Notes under the pieces: generated by a model
Told to the model about the DNA's origin: nothing
What the model saw: only the letters and a program-made list of their open reading frames with translations
The model's database searches: none
Source of the DNA: an uncultured delta proteobacterium
GTDB lineage: Bacteria; Myxococcota_A; Polyangia; Fen-1088
NCBI GenBank assembly: GCA_963767925.1
Contig: CAVYGB010000002.1
Coordinates: forward strand, 1,824,001 to 1,888,000
Length of the DNA stretch: 64,000 nt
Direction of reading: 5' to 3'
Program-made: the position numbers and the translations under genes
Shown: positions 1-10,500 of the stretch, piece after piece
How the letters are laid out: every line of letters begins with the position of its first letter
Numbering within the stretch: position 1 is the stretch's first letter

Positions 1-301
1 CGTGGTGGTTGATCTGACCGGCGCGGTGGTGGCCCGGGTCGGCCCAGTAGGGCAGCCCGCGCGCCTGGATGCGCTCGAAGATCCGATCGAACTCCGCCTC
101 GTCCACCAGGAAGGCGTAGTGCTGCCTGGCGATGTCGCCCTGTACTTGCATGAAGTCGAGGGTCACGCCGTTGTCGATGGCGACGCCGTGGAAGGGCCCG
201 AACCGCACCGGCGCGCCCATCCCCAGCAGGTCGGCCAGCCAGGCGGCGGAAGCCTCGGGGTCGCGCGCCGGAACGATGGTGTGGTTGAGCTCGACGGGCA
301 T
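1..301 (-). CDS. VOC (glyoxalase/bleomycin resistance) family protein, runs off window start
   Basis: Manual translation from ATG at 301: MPVELNHTIVPARDPEASAAWLADLLG...TLDF...QHYAFLVDEAEFDRIFERI...YWADP. Not in the ORF track. Confidence 0.85.
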   Translation of the reverse strand, partial: MPVELNHTIVPARDPEASAAWLADLLGMGAPVRFGPFHGVAIDNGVTLDFMQVQGDIARQHYAFLVDEAEFDRIFERIQARGLPYWADPGHHRAGQINHH

Positions 302-598
302 GTGGGGATCATCGATCCGTCCGGCGGGCGCGTCGTCCTGGCACGCCCCCGGTGGGCGGTGTGGTCCTCCTCAGCAGCCCGGGACCGGCCACCACCGGCC
401 CCCACGATGGGCTGCGTCGCGCTCGCCGCCTGCGCCAGCGCACGGCCTGCGTCGTGCGCCCTGGAGCCACCGCCGCGCGGGTGTCGCGGACGCCGCCCGC
501 GCTCCAGCCCGACCCGCTCGCCCGGCCTGACGCTCTGGCTTCCCGGGCTAGCGCTCTGCGCGTCGGTGTCCAGGCCAGCCCATGACCAGGATTTCCCG

Positions 599-655
599 AC
601 TGACAGCACCGGTCCTGACGAAGATGTGACGGTGTCAGTTGTCTACGCTGTCAGT
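599..655. promoter_or_regulatory. Putative operator upstream of the desaturase
   Basis: Perfect inverted repeat ACTGACAGC (599-607) / GCTGTCAGT (647-655), plus internal TGAC-GGT-GTCA (627-637). Confidence 0.4.
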
Positions 656-664
656 CTCAATTAC

Positions 665-1801
665 GTGAACGAACCAAAAGCCCTCCCGCTGGACTGGCGC
701 AACATCGCGCTCCTGACGCTCGTGCACGTCGCCGCCATCGGCGGGCTGGCCCTGTACCTGCCCCTGCACGGGCTGTCGCTGGCCGCGGGACTGATCTTCC
801 TCAGCCTCACCATCCTCACGATCTTCAGCATCTCGGCCGGGTACCACCGGCTGTTCTCCCACCGGGCCTACGAGGCCCATCCGGCCCTGCGCGCCTTCCT
901 GCTCTTCTTCGGCGCCGGCGCCTTCCAGAACACCGCCCTGGCCTGGGCCGCCGACCACCGGCGCCACCACGGGCGGACCGACAGCGACCACGATCCCTAC
1001 AACGCCAAGCGCGGCTTCTGGTACGCCCACCTCGGCTGGGTGCTGCGCGAGGTCGACCCCGAGATCGTGCCCCCCTCCGTGCGCGACCTCGAGCGCGATC
1101 CGCTGGTCAGCTTTCAAGCCCGCCACTACGCCTGGGTGGGGATCACGGCCGGCCTGGTGTTGCCGACCCTGCTGGGCTGGGCCTTCGGCGACCCGATCGG
1201 TGGCTTCGTCATGGGCGCGGCCGTGCGCCTCATGGTCACCTACCACACCACCTTCGCCATCAACTCGTTCGCCCACTTCTTCGGCCGGCAGCCCTATTCG
1301 GACCGCAGCTCGGCCCGCGACAGCTTCCTGGTGGCGCTGCTGAGCATGGGCGAGGGCTACCACAACTTTCACCACACCTTCCCCGCCGACTACCGCAACG
1401 GGGTCCGCCTGCACCAGTTCGATCCCACCAAGTGGATCCTGAGCACGCTGTCCCTCTTCGGCATTGCCCGCAACCTGCGCCGCACGCCGGTGCCCGCCAT
1501 CGTGAAGGCGACCCTGCGCATGGACGAGAAGCGGCTGGCCCACATCACCGAATCGCACCCTGCCCGCGAGCGCATCGAGAGCCTGCGCCGGGCCATCCAC
1601 GACCTGACCGAGCGAATGGCCAACTCCCTGTCGGCTTACGAGCAGGCCCGCGTCGAGGCCGGCCGCCAGGCCCACGGCCTGATGGCCAAGCTGCGCGAAG
1701 AGGTGCGCATCGTGCAGGGCGAGCTGCAGGAGGCCCAGGCCGCCTGGCGCCGCATGATCCGCTCTCCCGAGCTGGCGATCCTGACCGTGCGGAGCAGCTG
1801 A
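665..1801 (+). CDS. Acyl-CoA (delta-9-type) fatty acid desaturase with C-terminal coiled coil
   Basis: His boxes HRLFSH, HRRHH, HNFHH and TM segments. GTG 665 chosen as start; the upstream part of ORF 2..1801 overlaps the VOC gene antisense. Confidence 0.92.
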   Translation: MNEPKALPLDWRNIALLTLVHVAAIGGLALYLPLHGLSLAAGLIFLSLTILTIFSISAGYHRLFSHRAYEAHPALRAFLLFFGAGAFQNTALAWAADHRRHHGRTDSDHDPYNAKRGFWYAHLGWVLREVDPEIVPPSVRDLERDPLVSFQARHYAWVGITAGLVLPTLLGWAFGDPIGGFVMGAAVRLMVTYHTTFAINSFAHFFGRQPYSDRSSARDSFLVALLSMGEGYHNFHHTFPADYRNGVRLHQFDPTKWILSTLSLFGIARNLRRTPVPAIVKATLRMDEKRLAHITESHPARERIESLRRAIHDLTERMANSLSAYEQARVEAGRQAHGLMAKLREEVRIVQGELQEAQAAWRRMIRSPELAILTVRSS

Positions 1802-1962
1802 CCCCCCCGGGAGGCGGGGCGCTTCGCTCCGCCTCCAGCGAGCCGGCGCCGGTCTGGCGCCGCCTCATCCCGGCGCAACAACCTCCAGAAAAAGAAAACG
1901 CCATCCGACGCCGCCGCCACGAGGGTGGGGAGCCGGATGGCGCTTCGCTTGTGGGGTCGGGG

Positions 1963-2262
1963 CTACCAGCGCTGGCGATCGCCGCCGCCAGAACGCCCGC
2001 CGCCGCCGCCACCGGAGCGCTCCTGCGCCTCGTTGATGCGGAGGGCGCGGCCACCGAGGTCGCGGCCGTCGAGCTGGCTGATGGCGTTCTGCGCCTCGGC
2101 GTCGCTCGACATCTCCACGAAGGCGAAGCCACGCGGCCGGCCGGTCTCGCGGTCGAGGACCACCTTCACCTCGGCGACGCTGCCCGCCTGCCCGAAGTGC
2201 TCGCGCAGGTCTACCTCGGTCGTGCCGTAGGCCATGTTCCCCACGTAAAGTCGTTTACCCAT
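1963..2262 (-). CDS. RRM (RNP-1) RNA-binding protein
   Basis: LYVGNM (RNP2), RGFAFVEM (RNP1), Gly-rich tail. Confidence 0.95.
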   Translation of the reverse strand: MGKRLYVGNMAYGTTEVDLREHFGQAGSVAEVKVVLDRETGRPRGFAFVEMSSDAEAQNAISQLDGRDLGGRALRINEAQERSGGGGGGRSGGGDRQRW

Positions 2263-2528
2263 TGATCGTTCTCCTGTTGCGTCGTTGCATTCGGCGGAAA
2301 TGCCGCCTCAGAAGCCCACGAACGTGCCGTCACCTCGGAATCGAACGAAAGCGGCACACTGCAACTGCGACGCGAAGGAACGAAGCCTGACTGAGCGATA
2401 CGAAGGAACTTCGGCCCAATCTATAACACGCCCCTCGCCCCCGGTCCAAGTCCCGATCACCCCCGAGCTGTGGCCGCCATGCCCGCGCCAAACCTCGGTT
2501 TGACGCACGCGCAGCGGAGCTCCCTCTC

Positions 2529-2797
2529 TCAGTGACCGAGCATCCAGGGGCGGGCCGGGGCGTGCGGGTGCGGGCTCCCGCGGGGGGGCGCCGGTGGGCC
2601 GTCTTCGCGGCGCTGGTGCACGATCGGTTCGGGCGGCCCCTTGCGGCGGGCGCCAGCGACCTGGCCGGCGGTCGGCGAGAGGACCGGGGGGCCGGGTCGC
2701 CGCAGCGGGGGCAGGGGGAGGGCGCCGCGCGGGCGGACATGGGTTGCCAGCCCTCGAAGGGGCCGCAGGCGGGGCACTCGTATTCGTAGAGCGGCAT
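2529..2797 (-). pseudogene. fmdB: FmdB-family zinc-ribbon protein, frameshifted
   Basis: MPLYEYECPAC...CPRC in one frame and the C-terminal RPWMLGH in another; the shift falls at a G run near 2686-2691. Confidence 0.75.
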
Positions 2798-2806
2798 GGG
2801 CGGGGC

Positions 2807-2880
2807 TCAGACTGGCAAGATGCTCTTGTCGAAGATGGCCGTCGGCAGGGCCAGGGGAGAAGTCGAGGTCGCCCATCGAG
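2807..2880 (-). pseudogene. fmdA: Remnant of formamidase/acetamidase (internal motif fused to C-terminus)
   Basis: MGDLDFS (compare formamidase GDLHFSQGDGE) abuts LALPTAIFDKSILPV*, which resembles a formamidase C-terminus; lies directly upstream of fmdB. Confidence 0.55.
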
Positions 2881-2889
2881 AGGTTGGCG

Positions 2890-3254
2890 CCAGTCGCTGG
2901 TCCCGTCCTCCTGGATGATCTCGATCTTGCGCCCCAGGATGCCGCCGGTGGCGTTGATCTGCTCGATGGCCAGGCGCTCGGCCTGGATCGATCCGGTCTC
3001 GCTGATGGCCATGGTGCCGGTGGCGCTGTGGAGCTGTCCGACGACGACCTTGTCGTCGGTGACCGCGCGCCCGGTCTTGTTGACCTCGGAGGTGGCCATG
3101 GTCTCGGCCTGCGCCTGACCGGGGATCCCTGTCAGGCTCGGTCCCGGTCCCCCGAAGGAGAAGAGGGCCACGAAGACGAAGACGAAGACGAAGACAAGAC
3201 GAAGAGAGCGACCTGCGAAACGGCGGTGACGTGACGGTTGTGATGGTCGGGCAT
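2890..3254 (-). pseudogene. urtA: 5' fragment of urea/short-chain amide ABC transporter substrate-binding protein
   Basis: VGQLHSATGTMAISE...AIEQINATGGILGRKIEIIQEDGTSDW, then homology ends. ATG 3254 has a GAGG RBS; frameshift inside a (TTCGTC)n run near 3196. Confidence 0.75.
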
Positions 3255-3460
3255 GTATTGGGACCTCGTGCTACGGGTCGAAGAGAAGCGCGTGTGCCGA
3301 CCGACCCGACTTTCTTGTAATTCAACGCCGGTTTCACGGGCATTGCGGGACCGTTAAAACCGGTCGTTCTCCCGGCACGACGGAACGAAGCAACGGCGAT
3401 CGCGGAACGAAACACATACGCGACCAACGTTTACGAAACGCCGATGGCCGGACGCTATGC

Positions 3461-4057
3461 TTGCGTCTCGAGAACGAGCCGGTGTTTCACAACATGCGCA
3501 ATGTCGATTCGAGTGTTCGCAAGAGAGCGCAATCCGAGGTCGAGGCAAACGCCCTCGCCGCTGCGGAAGATCGCCACCCCGAGACGGGCGCTCTGCCGGG
3601 CGCGCCGGGCGCCCGCTTCGCGCTGACCGCCGATCAGCAGCGCCACCTGCGCGAGGCGCTGCTCCACCTGGAGGTGGGCTCGTACCACGCGCGCCGGTTG
3701 CAGGTCGTGCTGCTGACTTCCCAGGGGCTGGCCGCCCGCGAGGTCGCCCTGCGCCTGGGCCTGAGCCGCTTTCACGTCAGCCGCATCCGCAGCCGCTTTC
3801 GCGCCGGGGGGGTGGAGGCGCTCGTGGCGCGCGGCCGGTCCGGGCGGCCCAGCAGCGTCAGCCTCCGCACGGTCACGCAGGTGCTCGACATGGCCGCCCT
3901 GCCGCCGCCGCCCGGCACGCGCCGCTGGAGCCTGCGGATGCTGGCCCGGGCCCACGGCCTGAGCCACTCGTCGGTCTACCGGATCTTGCGCGCCCACGGC
4001 GTGGCGCCCTACGCCGGCGGCCGGAGCGGTCGCGCGGGCCCAGCCGATCCGGTCTGA
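3461..4057 (+). CDS. Helix-turn-helix protein resembling the IS630 transposase N-terminus, no DDE domain
   Basis: AREVALRLGLSRFHVSRIRSRF...GRSGRP...WSLRMLARAHGLSHSSVYRIL; stops before any catalytic domain. Start uncertain. Confidence 0.65.
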   Translation: MRLENEPVFHNMRNVDSSVRKRAQSEVEANALAAAEDRHPETGALPGAPGARFALTADQQRHLREALLHLEVGSYHARRLQVVLLTSQGLAAREVALRLGLSRFHVSRIRSRFRAGGVEALVARGRSGRPSSVSLRTVTQVLDMAALPPPPGTRRWSLRMLARAHGLSHSSVYRILRAHGVAPYAGGRSGRAGPADPV

Positions 4058-4295
4058 CCGGCCGTGTCGCGGGTCACAGGGCCCCCTCGGAGGCCCGGCG
4101 GCGCGCGCGGAACTTGGCCTGGTCCCCCCGGTCGAGGTAGGGCCATATCGGGCCCCGGCGCACGTCCCTTTCTGCGCGACGTCAAGGGGCCCTGCGCCGT
4201 CCCTTTGCCCCCGAAAGCCCCCGGTGAAAACGCCCCCCGCCGCTCAGCACCCGCGTCCGCGCGACCGATGGTTGGTTCCGGGTATTCTCGAGAAG

Positions 4296-5699
4296 ATGCC
4301 GAAAGGCGTTCGTTACCGCGTCCTCTCCAAGATCGCCCACGGCGGGATGGCGGAGATCTTTCTCGCCCTGCAAGGGGGCGCGGAGGGGTTCCAGAAGCCG
4401 GTGGTGCTCAAGCGCATCCTGCCCACCCTGGCCGCCGATCCGACCTTCGTGCGCATGCTTGTCGACGAGGCCCACATCGCCTCGAGCCTGAACCACAGCA
4501 ACCTGGTGCAGGTGCTCGACCTGGGGAAGTCCAACGACCAGTACTTCCTGGTCCTCGAGTTCGTCGACGGCTGGAGCCTCGAGCAGGTGCGCCGGCGGGC
4601 CCTCAAGGCCCGGGTGAAGATCCCCTTGCCGCTGGCCCTCTACGTCGTGTCGGCGCTGTGCCGCGCCCTGGCCTACGTCCACACCCGGTCGCGCGACGGC
4701 AAGCCGCTCGGCATCGTCCACCGCGACGTCACCCCCCAGAACGTTCTGCTGAGCCGCGAGGGGGAGGTCAAGCTGGCCGACTTCGGCATCGCCAAGGCGG
4801 TGGGCCGGCGCGAGCGCTCGGTCACCGGGGTCATCAAGGGCAAGTTCGCGTACATGTCGCCCGAGCAGGCGACCGGCACCGAGCTCGACGGGCGCTCGGA
4901 CCTGTTCTCCGTCGGGACGCTGCTCTACCTGCTCACCACCGGCAAGAAGCCCTTCGAGGGGGCCACCGACCTCGACGTCTTGATGCTGGTGCGCAGGGGC
5001 AAATACGAGAAGCCGTCGACCCTGATCAAGGACTTCAACCCGGAGGTCGAGCGCTTCATCGCCCGGGCCATGCGCGCCGACCTGGCCCGGCGCTGGCAGA
5101 GCGCCGAGCAGATGGCCGACAAGCTCGACGGCATCCTCGTCAAGCTCGGGCAGCCGGGCGGGCCGGCTGCGGTCAAGCGCTGGCTGGAGACGCTGTCGGC
5201 CAAGGACGGGGTCAAGGCGCCGGCGGAGATCCAGGAGGCCACCCACAAGAGCGGCACCATCGAGCTCGGCAGCGGCGACTTCGAGCTGCACGACGTGGCC
5301 CCGCCGCCGCCCAGCCTCGAGGACGAGGTGGAGCGGCGGCCGCCGGCGCGGGCCGGGTCGCGCGCGGGGACCGGGCGGTCGGTGCGGGCACCGGCGCCGG
5401 CGCCACGCGACGATGCGCCGACCCGGCTGGAGCCGCCGGCCCTGCCGGTGGTGACCTTTGCCCCGGGCGGGGCAGGGGCCGCGCCCGGCGTGCTGGCCCG
5501 CTTCGGACGCTGGCTGCGGCGGCTGATCCTGCGGACGGTGCTGGCGGCGGTGCTGGTCGGGGGCATCGTCGGCGTGGGCGGCTACTACGCGCGCCCGTAC
5601 CTGCCGACCTGGATGGTCGAGCCGGTGGAGACCTGGATCCGCCAGCTCCCACCCCCCCTCGGCGAGGGAGCACAGTCCCCACCGCCCACGGGCCGCTGA
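4296..5699 (+). CDS. Ser/Thr protein kinase with C-terminal TM segment
   Basis: GGMAEIF, VVLKRIL, HRDVTPQN, DFG, YMSPEQ. Confidence 0.95.
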   Translation: MPKGVRYRVLSKIAHGGMAEIFLALQGGAEGFQKPVVLKRILPTLAADPTFVRMLVDEAHIASSLNHSNLVQVLDLGKSNDQYFLVLEFVDGWSLEQVRRRALKARVKIPLPLALYVVSALCRALAYVHTRSRDGKPLGIVHRDVTPQNVLLSREGEVKLADFGIAKAVGRRERSVTGVIKGKFAYMSPEQATGTELDGRSDLFSVGTLLYLLTTGKKPFEGATDLDVLMLVRRGKYEKPSTLIKDFNPEVERFIARAMRADLARRWQSAEQMADKLDGILVKLGQPGGPAAVKRWLETLSAKDGVKAPAEIQEATHKSGTIELGSGDFELHDVAPPPPSLEDEVERRPPARAGSRAGTGRSVRAPAPAPRDDAPTRLEPPALPVVTFAPGGAGAAPGVLARFGRWLRRLILRTVLAAVLVGGIVGVGGYYARPYLPTWMVEPVETWIRQLPPPLGEGAQSPPPTGR

Positions 5700-5825
5700 C
5701 CGCCATCGCTTCGCGAAGGGCACCCACCGGGAGACCCTCCCGCCTGGCTCCTGATCCTCCGTCCCCCGGGCAGGTTTCGGCGGAGGAGGGGAGGGCGCGC
5801 GAGGCGCCCTCCTGCCGGACTCGCG

Positions 5826-6380
5826 TCAGTTCTTGGCGCCGGTGGGACCGCGGGTCGTGGCGGGCCAGATGCCGGCCAGCCAGCGGTCGGTCTCGGAGAC
5901 CTCGGACTCGGTAGGGATGGGCGTGGGGGTGGCGACGGGCATGCGGTTGACGGCGTTCAGGGTCTGCAGCGCGGGCATGATCTGCTCGACCTGCCAGTTG
6001 GCGTGTTCGGCCTGGTTGATGGCGTGCTGGAGCGAGGCCACCGACTGCCGCACGCAGTTCTCGAGCTGGCGCAGGGCCGTGGCGCTCTGGCAGGCGATCT
6101 CCCCGAGCTGCATGATGAGCGACAGGAAGGCCCGCCCGGGCGCGCCCGCGCGCACCACCTCGCCCGCTCCGCTGAGAGTCATGTCCGACAGCCGATCGGC
6201 GAGCGGCTTGAGCGAAGCCGTCACCTCGCCGATGCGGGTGAGCATCTGCTGGAGGGTGACGAGCCCCTGCCGGGCGTCCTCCAGTCGCTGGCGCGCCTTC
6301 TCGGCCGCTGCCACAGCGTCCGTTTCGAGGTCGCGAGCGTCGCTCACCACGTACGTGTCGGAAGATCTGCCGTTGGACAT
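5826..6380 (-). CDS. Soluble protein with a degenerate MCP signalling hairpin
   Basis: ATG 6380 with AGGAG RBS. EVVRAGAPGRAF aligns with the MCP consensus EAARAGEAGRGF and is flanked by heptad helices. Confidence 0.6.
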   Translation of the reverse strand: MSNGRSSDTYVVSDARDLETDAVAAAEKARQRLEDARQGLVTLQQMLTRIGEVTASLKPLADRLSDMTLSGAGEVVRAGAPGRAFLSLIMQLGEIACQSATALRQLENCVRQSVASLQHAINQAEHANWQVEQIMPALQTLNAVNRMPVATPTPIPTESEVSETDRWLAGIWPATTRGPTGAKN

Positions 6381-7156
6381 CGGGGCTCCTCGGGGGTCAC
6401 CCCCCTTATGATGCGTCCTGACATTTAAGTAGGATAACTGAGTATTAGGTAATACAAATTCATATGTGAGAAAACCCGGACAGTCAACCACATGCCCGCA
6501 ACTCCCCGTACCCCTTGATCCCCCTCACATCCCCTGCAATTCTCGGCCCTCAGCCCTCACCTCACCGCCGCTGCGCCCACCCGCCAGAGTGCCCAAAACC
6601 GCCCCTCCGCGCCGCCGCTCTTTCCCCCTCGAGCGGCGCGCCACCCGCTCCCCATCCCCTGACCGCGCGCGACGCCCAGGGTCGCGCCCCGCGCGCGCGC
6701 CGGCCCCCCGGCCGCGCCGCGTGGTCCCACACCTCCGAACATGGGACCGATCCACCCCCCGGGGCCTGGCCCCCGCCAGCCCTGGGGCCCGAACCAGAGC
6801 GCTCCCGGCGCCGCCCCCGCGCCGATGCGAGCAATGCCGGTCCCCTCTCACCGCAGGACGCCCTGCCATCACCGCCGGGTGAGGGGCCTCCGGCGTGGCA
6901 GCCGCCCCTCACCCTTCCCTGCTATGGAAATGGCGCCGTAACCGCTCGAGATCACTGATCTCACCATTTCCGTCAGTGGGGGTGAGGCCGTCTCCGGCGT
7001 CACGAGGACTCTCCCCACGTCCGCAGACGGCCGCGGGAGAGGGCAATCATGGAAGCGGGTTGCAGGACTGAACGGCGCGGGGCTCGCCCCTCGGCTCGCG
7101 GGAGTGGCTGGCTTCTCCGGCGAGCGCCGGGCTTGCGGTCCGCGACAGGGCCCGGC

Positions 7157-7459
7157 TCAGCTACCGGGATCGCCCGCGAGCGCGTCCGCCAGGTACGCCG
7201 CCTCGTTCGCCCGCATCCGGGCCTCCTCGCGCAACCGGTCGGTCGTGCTGGCCTTCTCGGCCGTCGCGTCCCACAGCCGGTGACGTTCCTGGCAAACCGT
7301 CACGCAGGCGTCCCGCTCGAGCTGGATCGCCGTTCGCAGCGCTCGATCGATCGCGCGGATCAGATCGCGCCGCATCGCGGACGTGTACGCACCAGCGTTA
7401 CCGGCAGCCGCCTGCTCGACGGCCGCCCGCGCCAGCACCTCCGGATGAAGCTTTTCCAT
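7157..7459 (-). CDS. Hypothetical helical protein (100 aa)
   Basis: Plausible ORF with a CxxxC motif; no family recognised. Confidence 0.55.
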   Translation of the reverse strand: MEKLHPEVLARAAVEQAAAGNAGAYTSAMRRDLIRAIDRALRTAIQLERDACVTVCQERHRLWDATAEKASTTDRLREEARMRANEAAYLADALAGDPGS

Positions 7460-7471
7460 GACCGCCCAAGC

Positions 7472-7796
7472 CTAGTCCCCTGGAGAGGTGATTTCTTGCA
7501 TATCTCGGCGGTCCTCTTCGTCCCTGGCTGCGTTGCTCGTCGGTTAAATACGCCAGGTATTCGCCCTCCTCGCGCCTTGCCAGGAACGAAGATGCCTCGC
7601 CGACATATGCAAGACTTCCCCTTTCCAGGGGACTAGCCCCCTGGAGAGGTGATTTCTTGCATATCTCGGCGGTCCTCTTCGTCCCTGGCTGCGTTGCTCG
7701 TCGGTTAAATACGCCCGGTATTCGCCCTCCTCGCGCCTTGCCAGGAACGAAGATGCCTCGCCGACATATGCAAGACTTCACCTTTCCAGGGACTAG
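7472..7796. mobile_element. Two tandem copies of a ~157-bp MITE-like palindromic element
   Basis: CTAG at 7472, 7633 and 7793 delimits near-identical units, each with long imperfect terminal inverted arms (TCCCCTGGAGAGGTGATTTCTTGCATATCTCGGCG ... CGCCGACATATGCAAGACTTCCCCTTTCCAGGGGA). Confidence 0.8.
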
Positions 7797-7900
7797 CAGC
7801 CAGACCGTGTTTCGCCGATTGGAACTGCCTTCTGTAGTCAGTGCTACCGACCGGCGGCATTATCTGAGATCCCGCTGGAATCTCGAGACACTTCCAGCAC

Positions 7901-8857
7901 ATGCGTAATCTCATGATCTCGATGCTCGCCTGTGGCGCCCTGCTCGGCGGCGCCTGCGGCGAGTCCGGTGACAGCACGGGCACGGGCGGCACCGGCGGGG
8001 CCACCGCCGGCACGGGTGGCCGTGGCGGCAGCGGCGGCGCGGGCGGCAGCGGCGGCTCGGCCACCGGCGGCTCGGGCGGCTCGGCCACCGGCGGAGCCGG
8101 CGGCAGCGGCGGTCGCACGCCCGACGCCCGCGGCCCCGACGGTCGCCAGCCCGATGGCAGCCGGGGGGACGTCCGCCCGGGTGACGTTCGCCCGTCCGAC
8201 GGAGGCGGCGCCGACTCCGGCGCGGCGGCGATCCCCCCCGTGGAGGGAGCACCCTGCCCCCGCTGCGTCCGCATCTTCGACGGCAAGACCTTCGCGGGCT
8301 GGGACACCGGCGGCAACTCGTGGACCATCACCGCCGACGGCGCCTTGCGCGGCAGCGGTGGCACCTCGCGCGCCGCTTACACCAAGGCGGACTACGGCAA
8401 CGTCCGCCTCATCGTCACGTCCCGCATGAACCCCATCAACGGCGACCACCTGGGGGTCCTGTTCTGGGGCAAGCGCCCGACCCGCATCGAGCGCCCCGAG
8501 ATCGACAACAACGGCTGGCTGCAGTGGATGCCCCCCAACGGCAACATGTGGAGCTACCAGCCGCCCATGCACCACAACATCAGCGGCATGCGCCTGGCCC
8601 AGGGCCCCGGCAACATCACCGCCTGGCACACCTCGGAGATCCTCCTCAACATCGACAAGGGCACCCTGCGCGCCGCCACCGACGGCGTGGAGCTCACCCG
8701 CTACACCCACCCCTGGCCCAGCCGCTCGATGGACGCCGACCTGCGCCTGTACAAGGGCCCCCTCGCCATGATGAAACACGGCGGCGGCGGCTCCGAATAC
8801 AAGGACATCTGGGTCGAGGCCGACCCGACCGAGGACAAGCTCTACACCGTCCGCTGA
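7901..8857 (+). CDS. Lipoprotein with Gly-rich linker and DUF1080 (3-keto-disaccharide hydrolase-like) domain
   Basis: Lipobox LGGAC; IFDGKTFAGW, YGNVRL, EYKDIWV. Confidence 0.75.
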   Translation: MRNLMISMLACGALLGGACGESGDSTGTGGTGGATAGTGGRGGSGGAGGSGGSATGGSGGSATGGAGGSGGRTPDARGPDGRQPDGSRGDVRPGDVRPSDGGGADSGAAAIPPVEGAPCPRCVRIFDGKTFAGWDTGGNSWTITADGALRGSGGTSRAAYTKADYGNVRLIVTSRMNPINGDHLGVLFWGKRPTRIERPEIDNNGWLQWMPPNGNMWSYQPPMHHNISGMRLAQGPGNITAWHTSEILLNIDKGTLRAATDGVELTRYTHPWPSRSMDADLRLYKGPLAMMKHGGGGSEYKDIWVEADPTEDKLYTVR

Positions 8858-8868
8858 GCGGATCGCTC

Positions 8869-8905
8869 GATCCGGACCGGGTCCCCGCCGACCCGGCTCC
8901 GGATC
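8869..8905. terminator. Hairpin between convergent genes
   Basis: GATCCGGACCGGG...CCCGGCTCCGGATC imperfect stem; no U tract. Confidence 0.4.
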
Positions 8906-8912
8906 CGGCGGG

Positions 8913-10379
<1,467 letters not shown>

Positions 10380-10500
10380 CCCCGGAGTTTAGCCCCGACC
10401 CGGCCCCGCGGACACCCGGGGCTGAGGCTGGCGGTCCGGAGCGCCTTCGCCCCGACCACCCGGCCAGCCTCCCCCGACGGGCGTCCTGCGGCCGGTGTGG

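Noticed and set aside
2..664. N-terminal extension of the desaturase
   Set aside because: Antisense to the VOC gene and through intergenic DNA; desaturase-like sequence begins near 665.
3285..3300. Sigma-54 promoter for the urtA relic
   Set aside because: CGGCACACGCGCTTC has TC rather than GC at -12; too weak to call.
7472..7796. CRISPR array or protein-coding ORFs over the duplicated unit
   Set aside because: Whole 160-bp units are duplicated and palindromic; the overlapping ORFs look incidental.
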